A stretch of 64,000 nucleotides of DNA from Bilabrum cf. latius. Taxonomy: Eukaryota. The position numbers and the translations under genes were made by a program. Positions 52,177 through 62,080 of the stretch are shown here, one piece after another. Position 1 is the stretch's first letter. Each line of letters opens with the position of its first letter. The stretch covers positions 930,001-994,000 of the forward strand of contig OZ237757.1 in the NCBI GenBank assembly GCA_965178125.1, written 5' to 3'. Below the pieces are notes generated by a model. That model was not told where the DNA came from. It ran no database searches and saw only the letters and a program-made list of their open reading frames with translations.

Positions 52177-52884
52177 TTAAACTTTCATTAATTTTTTAGC
52201 TCTATCTACGGCGTCCATAAAGCTATCTTTTAATGTTGGTTCATTCCATAATACAAACCTAGACCAAAAAGCGGGGGATTTATAGTCTTTAAAGTCTTCA
52301 TTTATTGAATGTCTTTTAATATAATTTTTCTTTTTACGGTTTGCTTCCTTCTCTCCATCTTTATTATAATATTGTATAAAGTCCATATAAGGGGTACCAT
52401 CATTCTTAATTCCACCAAAATGAACAGTAAACAGAATATTATTACCTTGAACTACTTTAATCATATATTTTTTATTTGATTTAGTTGATTTATATAAATT
52501 AAAAACTGGTTTAGGTCTAAATGATTTCACGTGTCCGTTATTAAATTTTTCCTTCATTGCTTCCTCTATTTCTTCCGTGTCTAATTCTCCAAAGGTTAAA
52601 GGGGTCTCTTTATTTATTCTTTTAGTGGGTCTATATATATCTCCTTTTTCCTAATATCCCTTTTCTCCCTTCTAATTCTTCCAATCCTCTAATTTCCACC
52701 TTCTTAAATTTTTCTATGCTTCATTTAATTTAATTTTATCATATGTCCCCCCTAGTTTTTTATAACGAGCAAAATATGCTAATGAACGATAAGCTGAAGG
52801 CTTTTTATACGTTCTATTTACTTTCTCAACTGCCTGACGCCATAATTTAGGACTATTAACATAATTAGGTATATTATCATTCAT
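52177..52884 (-). CDS. two-domain protein of the kind seen in giant viruses and phages (DUF5872-like + DUF5754-like)
   Basis: N-half: YKKPSAYRS...YKKLGGTY...LRRWKLEDW...YRPTKRINKETP. C-half: KKYMIKV...VHFGG...YIKRH...SPAFWSRFVLW. Three TAGs. DUF names are from memory and unverified. Confidence 0.65.
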
Positions 52885-52892
52885 CTATATAA

Positions 52893-53051
52893 TTAATAAA
52901 ATGATAATTTTTTAATTGCGTGAGCCGTTTTCTTTCTATATTCTTCATAGAGTCTTTTATTATTTGGATTCTTCATTAATTTATTTTTTACCTTCTTTAA
53001 TGCCTTCTTAATAGCATACTAAACAAAGATATTACTAATAATATTAATCAT
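52893..53051 (-). CDS. small basic hypothetical protein (52 aa)
   Basis: ATG after a TATA-rich leader, one TAG, ends TAA. Fills the intergenic gap. Confidence 0.4.
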
Positions 53052-53078
53052 ATATTATATAATTAATAAATATTTAAT

Positions 53079-54578
53079 TCAAAGCATTAAACCGCCTTTT
53101 TTTCCTTTCCTTGATATAATTTCTTCTTTTTCATTTACGACCATTAAATCATTCTATCCGTGGATAATTAATTTCTATCCTTCTTCATTAATCTATTCTT
53201 TTTTATATTCACCTAATTCTTTACCTACTTTAAAATTTAATCTTTTGTTAAATGTGATACTGTCGGTGTGAATTCGTATAATATGTTTAGCGTTGTTCTT
53301 ATTCACTTTCTTCATCAATCGTTGTCTTCCATATGCCAGAATAAAAGGTTTCAATTTTCCCCAGCTATATTTAAAGGGTACTTTATGTTTCAAATGATAA
53401 ATAAATTCTCCGTCATTATCCATTTCTACACGGTCAATATCAAATTTATCTATATTTATTTTTTTATCGTCTTTTGATGTAATTGTCTTTTTAGAGGAAC
53501 TACATAATTTACCCCATAATGAATTTAATATTTCTTTTGCTAGATATGATTTGCTTTTTAATTTGTAGAACATTGAGACATAGGATTTAAAAAGTGTTTC
53601 ACTTTTGATATATTTATCATAGGTCATAAAATTAAATTCGTCGCTTGACATCTCTATCTCACAACCATATTTAACAAACATATTCATATCTGTAAAGACA
53701 TAATAAGTAAATTCATTTTCAAATACCTTCATCATTTGAAAGATATTCGGGTCGCATTTTCCACGGCTTACCTTACATTTATAAATCCCTATTTCGTTTT
53801 TATTATTTATATATTTATTATCAATTGTTTTATAAATAGGATTTCCATATGGTAGTAGTGAATTAGATGACATAATGGCGGGGTAATGACTATTTATATC
53901 GTAGGTGATAAACTCCTCATATTGTCCCTTCTTGTGATATTGAATCCCGCCACGCGTTGAACCTTCAATAAATACCGCTTCCTCTGGGGTTATATCTGGT
54001 GGGCTATCTATCATCATATTAAACATTGTAAAGAAATGAAGGGCTGTTTGTCTGATTCCATATTTCATTACATCTAATGATGGGTTCTCGTCGTGTAATT
54101 CATCACTTGCTATACTCAGCCTTAAGCTCCATTCTTTGATATCTTCATCCTCTGGGCATTCGTGAATGGTGTAATGAAGATAATATTTCTTTGAATGATA
54201 ATCGGTCAGGCTCTCAACTCTATATTTATCTTTTTCAATTATTTCGGCTTTATCGGTTAATTTAACAACCATAGATTTATGGCACCGCACAAATAAAGGT
54301 TTCATCCTCTAGACGGCTTTAAATGAACCATCTTTATATTCTAAACAAACCCTTTTAAAACTCTCTTTTTTCCTACTTAGATAATAGACCTTTATATCGT
54401 CTTTCTCTCTAATCTCTATATCCATTTTTAGACCTGAAACAAGTTTATAAAGGTTCTTTGTAGTTATGGGCTTACCGTTAAATACCTTTTCTAGATACTT
54501 CACGGATTGAATGGGGTTATCATACTTTTTACCAAAGCATATATTTAATTGATTTAACACATTTTCGTAATTTATCAT
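53079..54578 (-). CDS. polB: family B DNA polymerase, protein-primed type, compact (499 aa)
   Basis: Motifs STRGG, YDINSHYP, KEILNSLWGK, AYGR, RIHTDS. ORFs 54309 and 53193 are joined by TAG. Ends TGA. Confidence 0.85.
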
Positions 54579-54607
54579 TTCCTATAGTATATTATATTTA
54601 ATATATT

Positions 54608-54624
54608 TTTAAGCCATTTTAAAC
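54608..54624 (-). promoter_or_regulatory. candidate promoter motif GTTTAAAATGGCTTAAA
   Basis: Ends 30 nt before the polB ATG. Confidence 0.6.
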
Positions 54625-54656
54625 ACATATTATAAAGTTTAAATTATAAAATGTAA

Positions 54657-55001
54657 TTATTGTTTCGGAGCAGTGAGGATTAATATAAATCTCTTCACTT
54701 GCTCATCGCTTAAGAAGGTATAACGAGAAGAAGGACTGAATAACATTACATCATCCTTTAATTTAAATGGTGAACCAGTTCGCCAGCCTATGGGGTAGAG
54801 AGAGCTAACATACGCATCATAATTCTTTAAATGGGGCTTTTGTTTTAATAACCTCTAGATATATTTTTTTAATAAAGTCTTCATTTCTAAATCATTATAT
54901 CCATTATCATTTTCACGAAGAGGGAACACAAAATTATATACGGGCTTATTGTTTTTAACAAGTTGAGTTCTAACGATTTGAATATCACTTAATTTAACCA
55001 T
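54657..55001 (-). CDS. hypothetical viral protein (114 aa), absent from the ORF track
   Basis: MVKLSDIQIVRTQ...LILTAPKQ, one TAG, ends TAA. Confidence 0.6.
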
Positions 55002-55050
55002 TTTTATATATATAACCTATAGATATTTTATTTTTAAGCCAAATAGACGC

Positions 55051-55067
55051 GTTTAAAATGACTTAAA
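55051..55067 (+). promoter_or_regulatory. candidate promoter motif GTTTAAAATGACTTAAA
   Basis: Ends 29 nt before ATG 55096. Confidence 0.6.
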
Positions 55068-55095
55068 GATTTTATTTTATTATAATATATATAGA

Positions 55096-55641
55096 ATGTC
55101 AAAATTTTAGAGTTATGAACCAAGCGAATTAATGGAACTTTTAGAAGAGGGAGCCATAAAGAAAGCCAAGAAATATATTAATCAATTCTTCTTTAAAACT
55201 TTTAAAGGGATATTTTTTAATAATACCGTAGAAGATAAATTTGAACTGGTGGATGAAGACGAATTGAATGGTTTGTATCTAACCCCTGATATGAAGACCG
55301 ACAGCGCCAAAAATCCATTTGTTCCATACATTTATATGTTTTCCAGTGAGCCCCCGATTTATTATACAGGAGATTTTGAGAGTAAAGACCCCATAATGAC
55401 AATTAAAAAGAAGGACAAACCCATCAAATATATTAATTTGTCATACGGTCAATTTATACCCGATGAAGTAGAGGAACCAGAAGAAGAAGAAGAACCAATA
55501 AGACCCAAGAAAAAGACTAAGAAGAGGAACAAGAAGAAACAAAAACGTGATAATAATAGAAATGTTGAGAAACCAGATGATGAAGATGATGATGAAGAAG
55601 CCTTTAGAGAGCAACTTCAAGAAGCATTAAAAGATTTCTAA
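55096..55641 (+). CDS. hypothetical protein with an acidic/basic tail (181 aa)
   Basis: Track ORF 55132 extended upstream through one TAG to ATG 55096. Ends TAA. Confidence 0.7.
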
Positions 55642-55759
55642 ATAATTTAATATTTATACTAATATTAAATATGATATCTTTATTAATAGTTGAACACCTT
55701 GACCATCTAATAAAAGGGCTAGAATATTAAAATATATATGGTTATCTCTATAATAAAAT

Positions 55760-55892
55760 CCATACGATGGCTATATCCACAAATTGCGTATTAGTATATG
55801 TATTATTTAGCAAAACGTGGATGGATTAGTTTTATGAAGATGATTTGATTGATATCGTATTTCTAGCCCAAAAGTTCCATCACTTTAGAAGG
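55760..55892 (+). repeat. dispersed ~135 bp intergenic repeat, copy 3
   Basis: CATACGATGGCTATATCCACAAATTGCGTAT...GCAAAACGTGGATG...AGTTCCATCACTTTAGAAGG. Confidence 0.9.
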
Positions 55893-56033
55893 TTGTAATA
55901 TAGCCCCTTCTAACTCCCATCATCAATATGTTAAATATTAATTTTATCATTAATATCTAATTATTATTTACCAATATGACATTTATAACAAATTGAATAT
56001 TTCATATCTTTAATTCTAGACACTCCGCATTTT

Positions 56034-56681
56034 TTACACGCCTTTTTCAGCGAGGTTTTTACATTTTTGAGAACTTTGGTGGCGTTTCACCCCGTATTTA
56101 CCCACAATAGAGCCACATTTCGGACATTTGGTCTTAGCTTTTATGTATTCCATTATTTTATCTTTATTGTCTTTAGCATACTATTTTCTATACAGGGCTA
56201 TTTTTTCCTTATTTTTCTATTTGTATTTTTGTTTATATTTCAATACTTTATCTTTGTTTTCTTCATTCCATTTTTTATTAGCTTTATCAACTTTATCTTT
56301 GTTATCTTTTTTCCACTGTTGGTTTGATTTCTTTACCTTTTCTTTGTTATCTTCTCTCCATTCTTTGCTTGTTCGTCCTGCTATTACCCTATTTACACAA
56401 TCGGGGTATTTTCTCTACCATTCTCCTTCTCGTGCTCTTAATTCCTCTACACAACTACAAGGATACTTCTCAAGTAGCTCAATGACAGGGGTTCCTGCTT
56501 CAATAACTTTGAAACTAGAACAATATGTATACTTACCATTTGAATATCTCTTATAATTTCCCTCGTGTCCTGCTTTTCGGGATGATAGATAAATTTGAGC
56601 TGATGAACCTATATAGAAGATTGATGGGTCTTCTTTACAATAGAGCTTGTAGATTTTTCCATTTTGATAATTTACTGGCAT
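56034..56681 (-). CDS. GIY-YIG endonuclease 2 with helical repeats and C-terminal Zn finger (215 aa)
   Basis: GKIYKLY...FYIGSSAQ...RKAGH...ELLEKYPCSCVEELRAREGEW...CVN, and KCPKCG...RHQSSQKC. Three TAGs. Ends TAA. Confidence 0.88.
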
Positions 56682-56928
56682 TATGTTATTTTATATTCTT
56701 TTATGTTATTTTATGTTTAAGTCTTTTTATTAGTATTATTAAATTAAATAGTGGAGATTTATATATGATGAGTGAAAAGGCGGTTGGTAGTGATTGGAAG
56801 AAGAAGAAAGTATCCACATTAAGACACAGTTTTGGGGAAAAAGGCATATAGGCGGGATTAAAAAAATATGGATGATTATAATAATTAATATTATTAAAAT
56901 ATTAATTAATTAGACCGGTTAAATAGTT

Positions 56929-57061
56929 CTTTGGAAAGTATGAACCTACTTTGAAAAGTATGAACCAACTTCGGAAAGTATGAACCTACTTTGAAAAGTG
57001 TGAACCTACTTTGAAAAGTGTGAACCTACTTCGAAAAGTATGAACCTACTTTGGAAAGTAT
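56929..57061. repeat. 20 bp tandem array (TGAACCTACTTTGAAAAGTA), 6 full units plus a partial, each with a mini-hairpin
   Basis: Directly visible, non-coding, upstream of GIY-YIG 2. Confidence 0.92.
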
Positions 57062-57112
57062 CATTCACAGGTCATATATTTATTTAATATGTATAAATAA
57101 ATAATAAAATGA

Positions 57113-57403
57113 TTATCTTGCCTTATATAATTGAATGGGTTTCTTTTCTAATAGACAAACAGCCAAATAATGAAGTACAATGTCATCATCTCTATACTTA
57201 TTCCTCGTCTATATAATACATTTATAGGTTGAATATTTGAGATATAATAGCTTCTCTCTACTGTCTTTTTTTAATTGATTGGTGATTTCTTTTACCTAAT
57301 CACTGTTTGTAAAAATTACGGTCAAAACTCCATCAATTTCTGTCTGGATATAGACATCGTGTGTAGGCGGTAGATTCTCAATAATTTTATTTAACTTTTC
57401 CAT
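57113..57403 (-). CDS. hypothetical viral protein (96 aa), absent from the ORF track
   Basis: MEKLNKIIENLPPT...IQLYKAR, two TAGs, ends TAA. Preceded by the shared motif. Confidence 0.6.
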
Positions 57404-57431
57404 TTGATATATATTAGTTAGTTAATATATA

Positions 57432-57448
57432 TTTAAGTCATTTTAAAC
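57432..57448 (-). promoter_or_regulatory. candidate promoter motif GTTTAAAATGACTTAAA
   Basis: Ends 29 nt before ATG 57403. Confidence 0.6.
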
Positions 57449-57450
57449 GT

Positions 57451-59340
57451 TTAAGATGTGCTTAAAAGGGCCTCGAGATCTTCCCCACGCATAGCCTAGC
57501 CACCACGCATCGTAAGTTTTCCACCAAGCTTATTCAATTCTCCTCCACTATTTCCATATCCATAATGTGCCGCCGCTTTGCCAATAGCGCTATTGTCTCC
57601 TGTTAGACTTTTGAGTGGTCCTATATTCCTAATGGTTTTCGCTAGGTTTTTAGCCTAATCACTTTTTGCCCAATCTTTAACCTGATTCCATCCGTGTTTA
57701 AAGGCTCGTCCAATCTTAGACCAGAAACGACCTTTTCCACCCATAACATTAGCATAATTATCTAAATCCTCAAATACAGGCTAGAAACCTTTAGAACCAC
57801 TTTCAGCATCACCACGTTTAGCAAGTTCAGAAAGCACTTTAGAAGGCTCAATAAGGGCGCCAGCCTCAGTATAGACACCGTTATCATTCACAAGAACATT
57901 ATCATAAAACATCCATACTTTTATCTCGTATTTATCCTCATACGCACCATCCGCATATTTATTATAAGGGTTGAAGCACTGAAGATTAACTTTAAGATTA
58001 AATCCAGTATTTACATTAGATTGAACACCAGCAAGTGTAGCAACATCTGAAGGTTTTAAAATCATATAGCAACCAGTACCGCGGTTTCCATCACTTCCAT
58101 CAATTGATGAACCATAAAAGGATGAAGGAGGAAGAGCATATCCGTTCTTTCTACTAATTCTATATAATTCGTGTGGATTATCTACAGCCCCTAATTCCTC
58201 AGCGCTTCCATTGAGTGAGAAACCTATTCTTCTAATTGGTAAAGTTCTATTAGCCCAGTTAGGGTTATCATCACAACCAACAAGGCGGGCACATACCATA
58301 ATAGCACTAGGGATACCATTCTCACGGGATAATTGATAATCAAAAGAAGTTAAAGAATTTTCAGTTGCGGATTTAGGTACAGGGACAGGCGCCTAAGACT
58401 AAAATTTAATTGTAGGCATATTATACATACAACGAGTCGGGGGGGCGTATCCACTCTAAAATTCAACTTCATCAACAAGAAGGGTCGTATTTGTTTCTCC
58501 TATAATTGACTAACCCGTTATTTTGTTAATATCTCCGTTATCTTTTGTAAAACTAGCCTTACACAGTCTTTGAATGGCATTTACGTGATAATCTAAATCA
58601 ACCTGAAGGCTTCTCACACCGGTGAAATATTTAGCATTCACATCAACATCTGCTCCTTTTAGTGGTATAGCTTCTTGAAAATCAATAGTCCAATCAATTT
58701 GGTCTCTATTACCCGCAACGAAATCAGCATTTACAGTCGTAAAAGCATTCCCATATGCTCCACGATAACTAAAGCTATCACCGGCACTATATCCAACATC
58801 CTAACCCCAAGCTAAAGGATTTTTAAGGGTATCACTTACTTCACGATAATCACCAACAGTGTCAGGGCGTCCAACGGGTGAGATTGTGGATAAGGTTTCT
58901 TCACTGTTCATAACTTCGGTAGGTTCAGCCCATTCATAAACTTTTACTGTAAAAGGCTATCCATTAATTGTTAAAACACCACCTTGAAGCATTTTAAAGG
59001 TAGGTAATGAATTAGTTCCAAACCTAGATTTAAGATAAGATTGAGCGGTAATAGCATCACCTCCAGCAGTTTGAGCTGGCACTGCTTGCTCTAGTTGTAG
59101 CCTAACTGTCATACGATGACGAAGACGAATAAACCTTGATACGGTTTTACTAGTAGGATTAACGGGGAAAGAAAGGGGAAGAAGAGAATTAGATTGATTA
59201 GATGATGGTCTAATTTCTCGGCGGGTATATTTTTGAACACCTAGTTCTGTTCCTAAACTAGCATCTTCAGGGGTTATCATTTGAAGGCTTTTAGGAGCCT
59301 TAATGCTTACTGGTAAATTCTGAACCATTTGTTGAGCCAT
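57451..59340 (-). CDS. virophage major capsid protein (629 aa, 9 in-frame TAG)
   Basis: Size about 600 aa and position after the penton. LTING(Q), GIPSAIMVCAR, ELYRISRKNG. C-terminal MGG followed by a basic amphipathic segment and GYG/GG motifs. Ends TAA. Confidence 0.85.
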
Positions 59341-59411
59341 TTTTTTATATATACACTATAGATATAAATTTTTTAATATCTAAACATATTTTATAATCTT
59401 CTATAATTTAT

Positions 59412-60365
59412 TTAAAAATCTAAACTTAAATTATCGGTTTGTTTTTTAAATACTTGTTTAATGTGAGCTTCACCCCCGTTAAAATTCATTACGGGATACT
59501 TTTCATTTTGTTTATCAACCCAGTAGAACGCCATTGACACGCTCTTAAAGCTTCTATCCTTCATCATTGAATACCAGCGGTAAGGATTAGAAACATATAA
59601 TATATTTTCTATTGGTGAGCTGTCATTAGGATTATACGGGTAGCTGGTTAATATAGGGGATTTATTGACGGCTATAGAGCCACCAGTAGATGATTTTGTG
59701 GTCACCAATTCTTTATTCACTGGAATATCACTTTCTACGATAATAGATTTAACAGGGCACCAAGAATTTAAATTCGTCTATCTAGCCATAAAAACATAAT
59801 CACCACTAGCAGGGGAATTATTATATGAAAGTTTAGCAAATAAATCACTCGGTGTGGTTGTTATTCCTTCATATTCAAATTTATCAAATAAAGCAAAAGC
59901 TTCAAAATTAACAAATAAATAATAATTATCTCTAAAATCTTCAGTTGTTGATAAACTCCATTTATTATTTTCAAATTTAAAGACTGGTTTATCACCACTT
60001 GGAAGGCTTACCAAATCACAAATTCGGCTTAACTCTTCATTAAATTCATTTACAATATCCTAATATGAATAATAAAATTTAGCTTTTTTACCTAGAACTA
60101 TATAATCGCCTGCTCTGGCTCCTGATGTTTTATTCTCAAGAGTAAATTTTAAATAGGTTTTACCGCTGTCATCCTAATATTCAGGTTTAAACACCGGTAG
60201 CATAAATTTATTTAAATCCATCTCTTCAACAGCCGTTAAATAATTTTCACTTTGTTTTAATATTAAGCCTTCACGGGTTTCATTCACTACCGCCTATCTC
60301 GTCTAATTGTGGGGGACAGATGAACTAACTAAATTCAATCTTACAAATTCATCGCTATAACTCAT
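59412..60365 (-). CDS. virophage penton / minor capsid protein (317 aa)
   Basis: NETREGLILKQSENYLTAV...LPVFKP, WCPVKSIIVESDIPV, YRWY...FYWVDK...YPV...KQVFKK. TAG-joined. Ends TAA. Confidence 0.85.
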
Positions 60366-60499
60366 TTTATTTATATATTAAAGCTATACAAATAAATATT
60401 TATTAATAAACCTTATCTAATATTTCACCTTGATTTTTACCCTTCACTTTTACCAATATATTTAAAAGTTTGATTGAATTTAGATGGATGAAAAATAGC

Positions 60500-60634
60500 C
60501 CTTCTAAAACGATGGAACTTTTCTAAATAAAAGGGCTTATATCTTCATTTCACCTTCACAAGAGGCCCTACATCCACGTTTTGCTAGAAAACACTATAAT
60601 ATATACGCAATTTGTGGATATAGCCATCGTATGG
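60500..60634 (-). repeat. dispersed ~135 bp intergenic repeat, copy 4 (inverted)
   Basis: Reverse complement closely matches copy 2. Confidence 0.9.
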
Positions 60635-60684
60635 ATTTTATTTTAGAGATAATCATATTTTATTATTTTATTCTAGCCCTTTTA

Positions 60685-61425
60685 TTAGAAGGGCGGGGTA
60701 TTCAATGTAGAAGCAACGCCTTGTTTTTTTTCTCTGTATACTTTATTTCTTTCCTTTATGGCTTCTTTATTATTTTCTCTATATTTTCTTTCATATTCTT
60801 TAATTTTTTCTTTATTCCTTTTTCTATACTCTCTCTTCCTCTATTTGATTCTTTCTTTGTTTTTTAAATAGTATTCCTTTCTCTTCTGTTTCAGCTTCTC
60901 TTTATTATCCTCCTAATACTTCTTTATTCGTTCCTTGTTGTTAGCCATGTATATTCTGTTCTTTTCGCGTAATACCTCTTTATTTTTCTCTCGATAAGCT
61001 TTACTTTTTATTTTAATAGCTTCTTTATTCATTTGATGATGCCGTCTTGACCTCTCTTTTTCCTTCTCCTAATTATCTATGTAATACTCCTTGTCGCTTC
61101 TTCCTGCTACATATTTATTAACACAATCTAATTTTTTTATCCACTCCCCTTCTCGCTTATCTAGTTCCATTTTAGATTGACATGGATACTACTCAATTAT
61201 ATCAATTCGGGCGTCATCATACTAAAGGACTGTAAAAGAGGTATATTTGGTTTTAACTTTACCTTCGTCAAATCTTTTTTTATGTGTTCTATGTTGTGCG
61301 AATCGTCGTGCTTTTGTCTATGTTGAAGAACCTATATATTGTACATTTTGTGAAGGAGACCATATTTTATATATTATGCTCTTTGAATAGTCAGGCTTTT
61401 TTTGTGCTTTCGTTTTATTCATCAT
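60685..61425 (-). CDS. GIY-YIG endonuclease 3 with Lys/Glu-rich helical repeats (246 aa), absent from the ORF track
   Basis: SIIYKIW...QYIGSST(Q)...RFAQH...YPCQSKMELDKREGEWI...CVNK. Six TAGs. Ends TAA. Confidence 0.88.
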
Positions 61426-61496
61426 TGTACTTATATATACTTATTTATATAGTTTCTATTTAAACCTGTTTTTTTTTTAGTCTTTATGTGTAAAGC

Positions 61497-62072
61497 TTAA
61501 TGTAATAGTAATGCTACTAACTAATCAGGACTAAGAGCCATTACCTTAGATATCCTAAACATTTCATTTACAAACTAATCATTTGATAAGAAAGAAAAAG
61601 CGTTTCTTAATAGAGCCCATCTTCCACACGTAGCGCTGTTGTTAGCATAACTCTAAATCGGTTTATGATTATAATCAATTTTCCAGCCTTCCATTTTCTA
61701 ATCAATTAAATACTTTACCAGCGTATTTTCTTCTCCTTCTCCTTGATACAATTGGTCTCTATTAATAAATGGTTTCTATTGGTCGGGTTTTTCTCCATAG
61801 CTATCAAAGAAGTATATTATTTTGCTTGATGGTTTTCTGGTCAATGAAATGAAATGACCGTATGTGCTATTTAGTCCCGTCTTTTTATTAGGATAATAAA
61901 TAATTACGCCGTCATAACCATCAAAAATATGTTCAATAGATGAGGTCTATTTAATAATATCATCGTAAATAACTATTCTAGGTTTGTAATTCAAATGTGC
62001 TACACCTAATTTTTGAATTTCTAAAGGAGATAACGGTGTTTGGACTAGTCTATTTAAGTCGTTTATGTTCAT
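61497..62072 (-). CDS. virophage maturation cysteine protease (adenain/Ulp1-like, 191 aa), absent from the ORF track
   Basis: Catalytic motifs YGHF (His), FFDSYG (Asp) and YNHKPI(Q)SYANNSATCGRW (oxyanion Gln and Cys). Ends TAA. Confidence 0.9.
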
Positions 62073-62080
62073 TTATATAT

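Noticed and set aside
56929-57061. CRISPR-like array
   Set aside because: The 20 bp units are contiguous with only 4-nt variable loops. There are no unique spacers and no cas genes.
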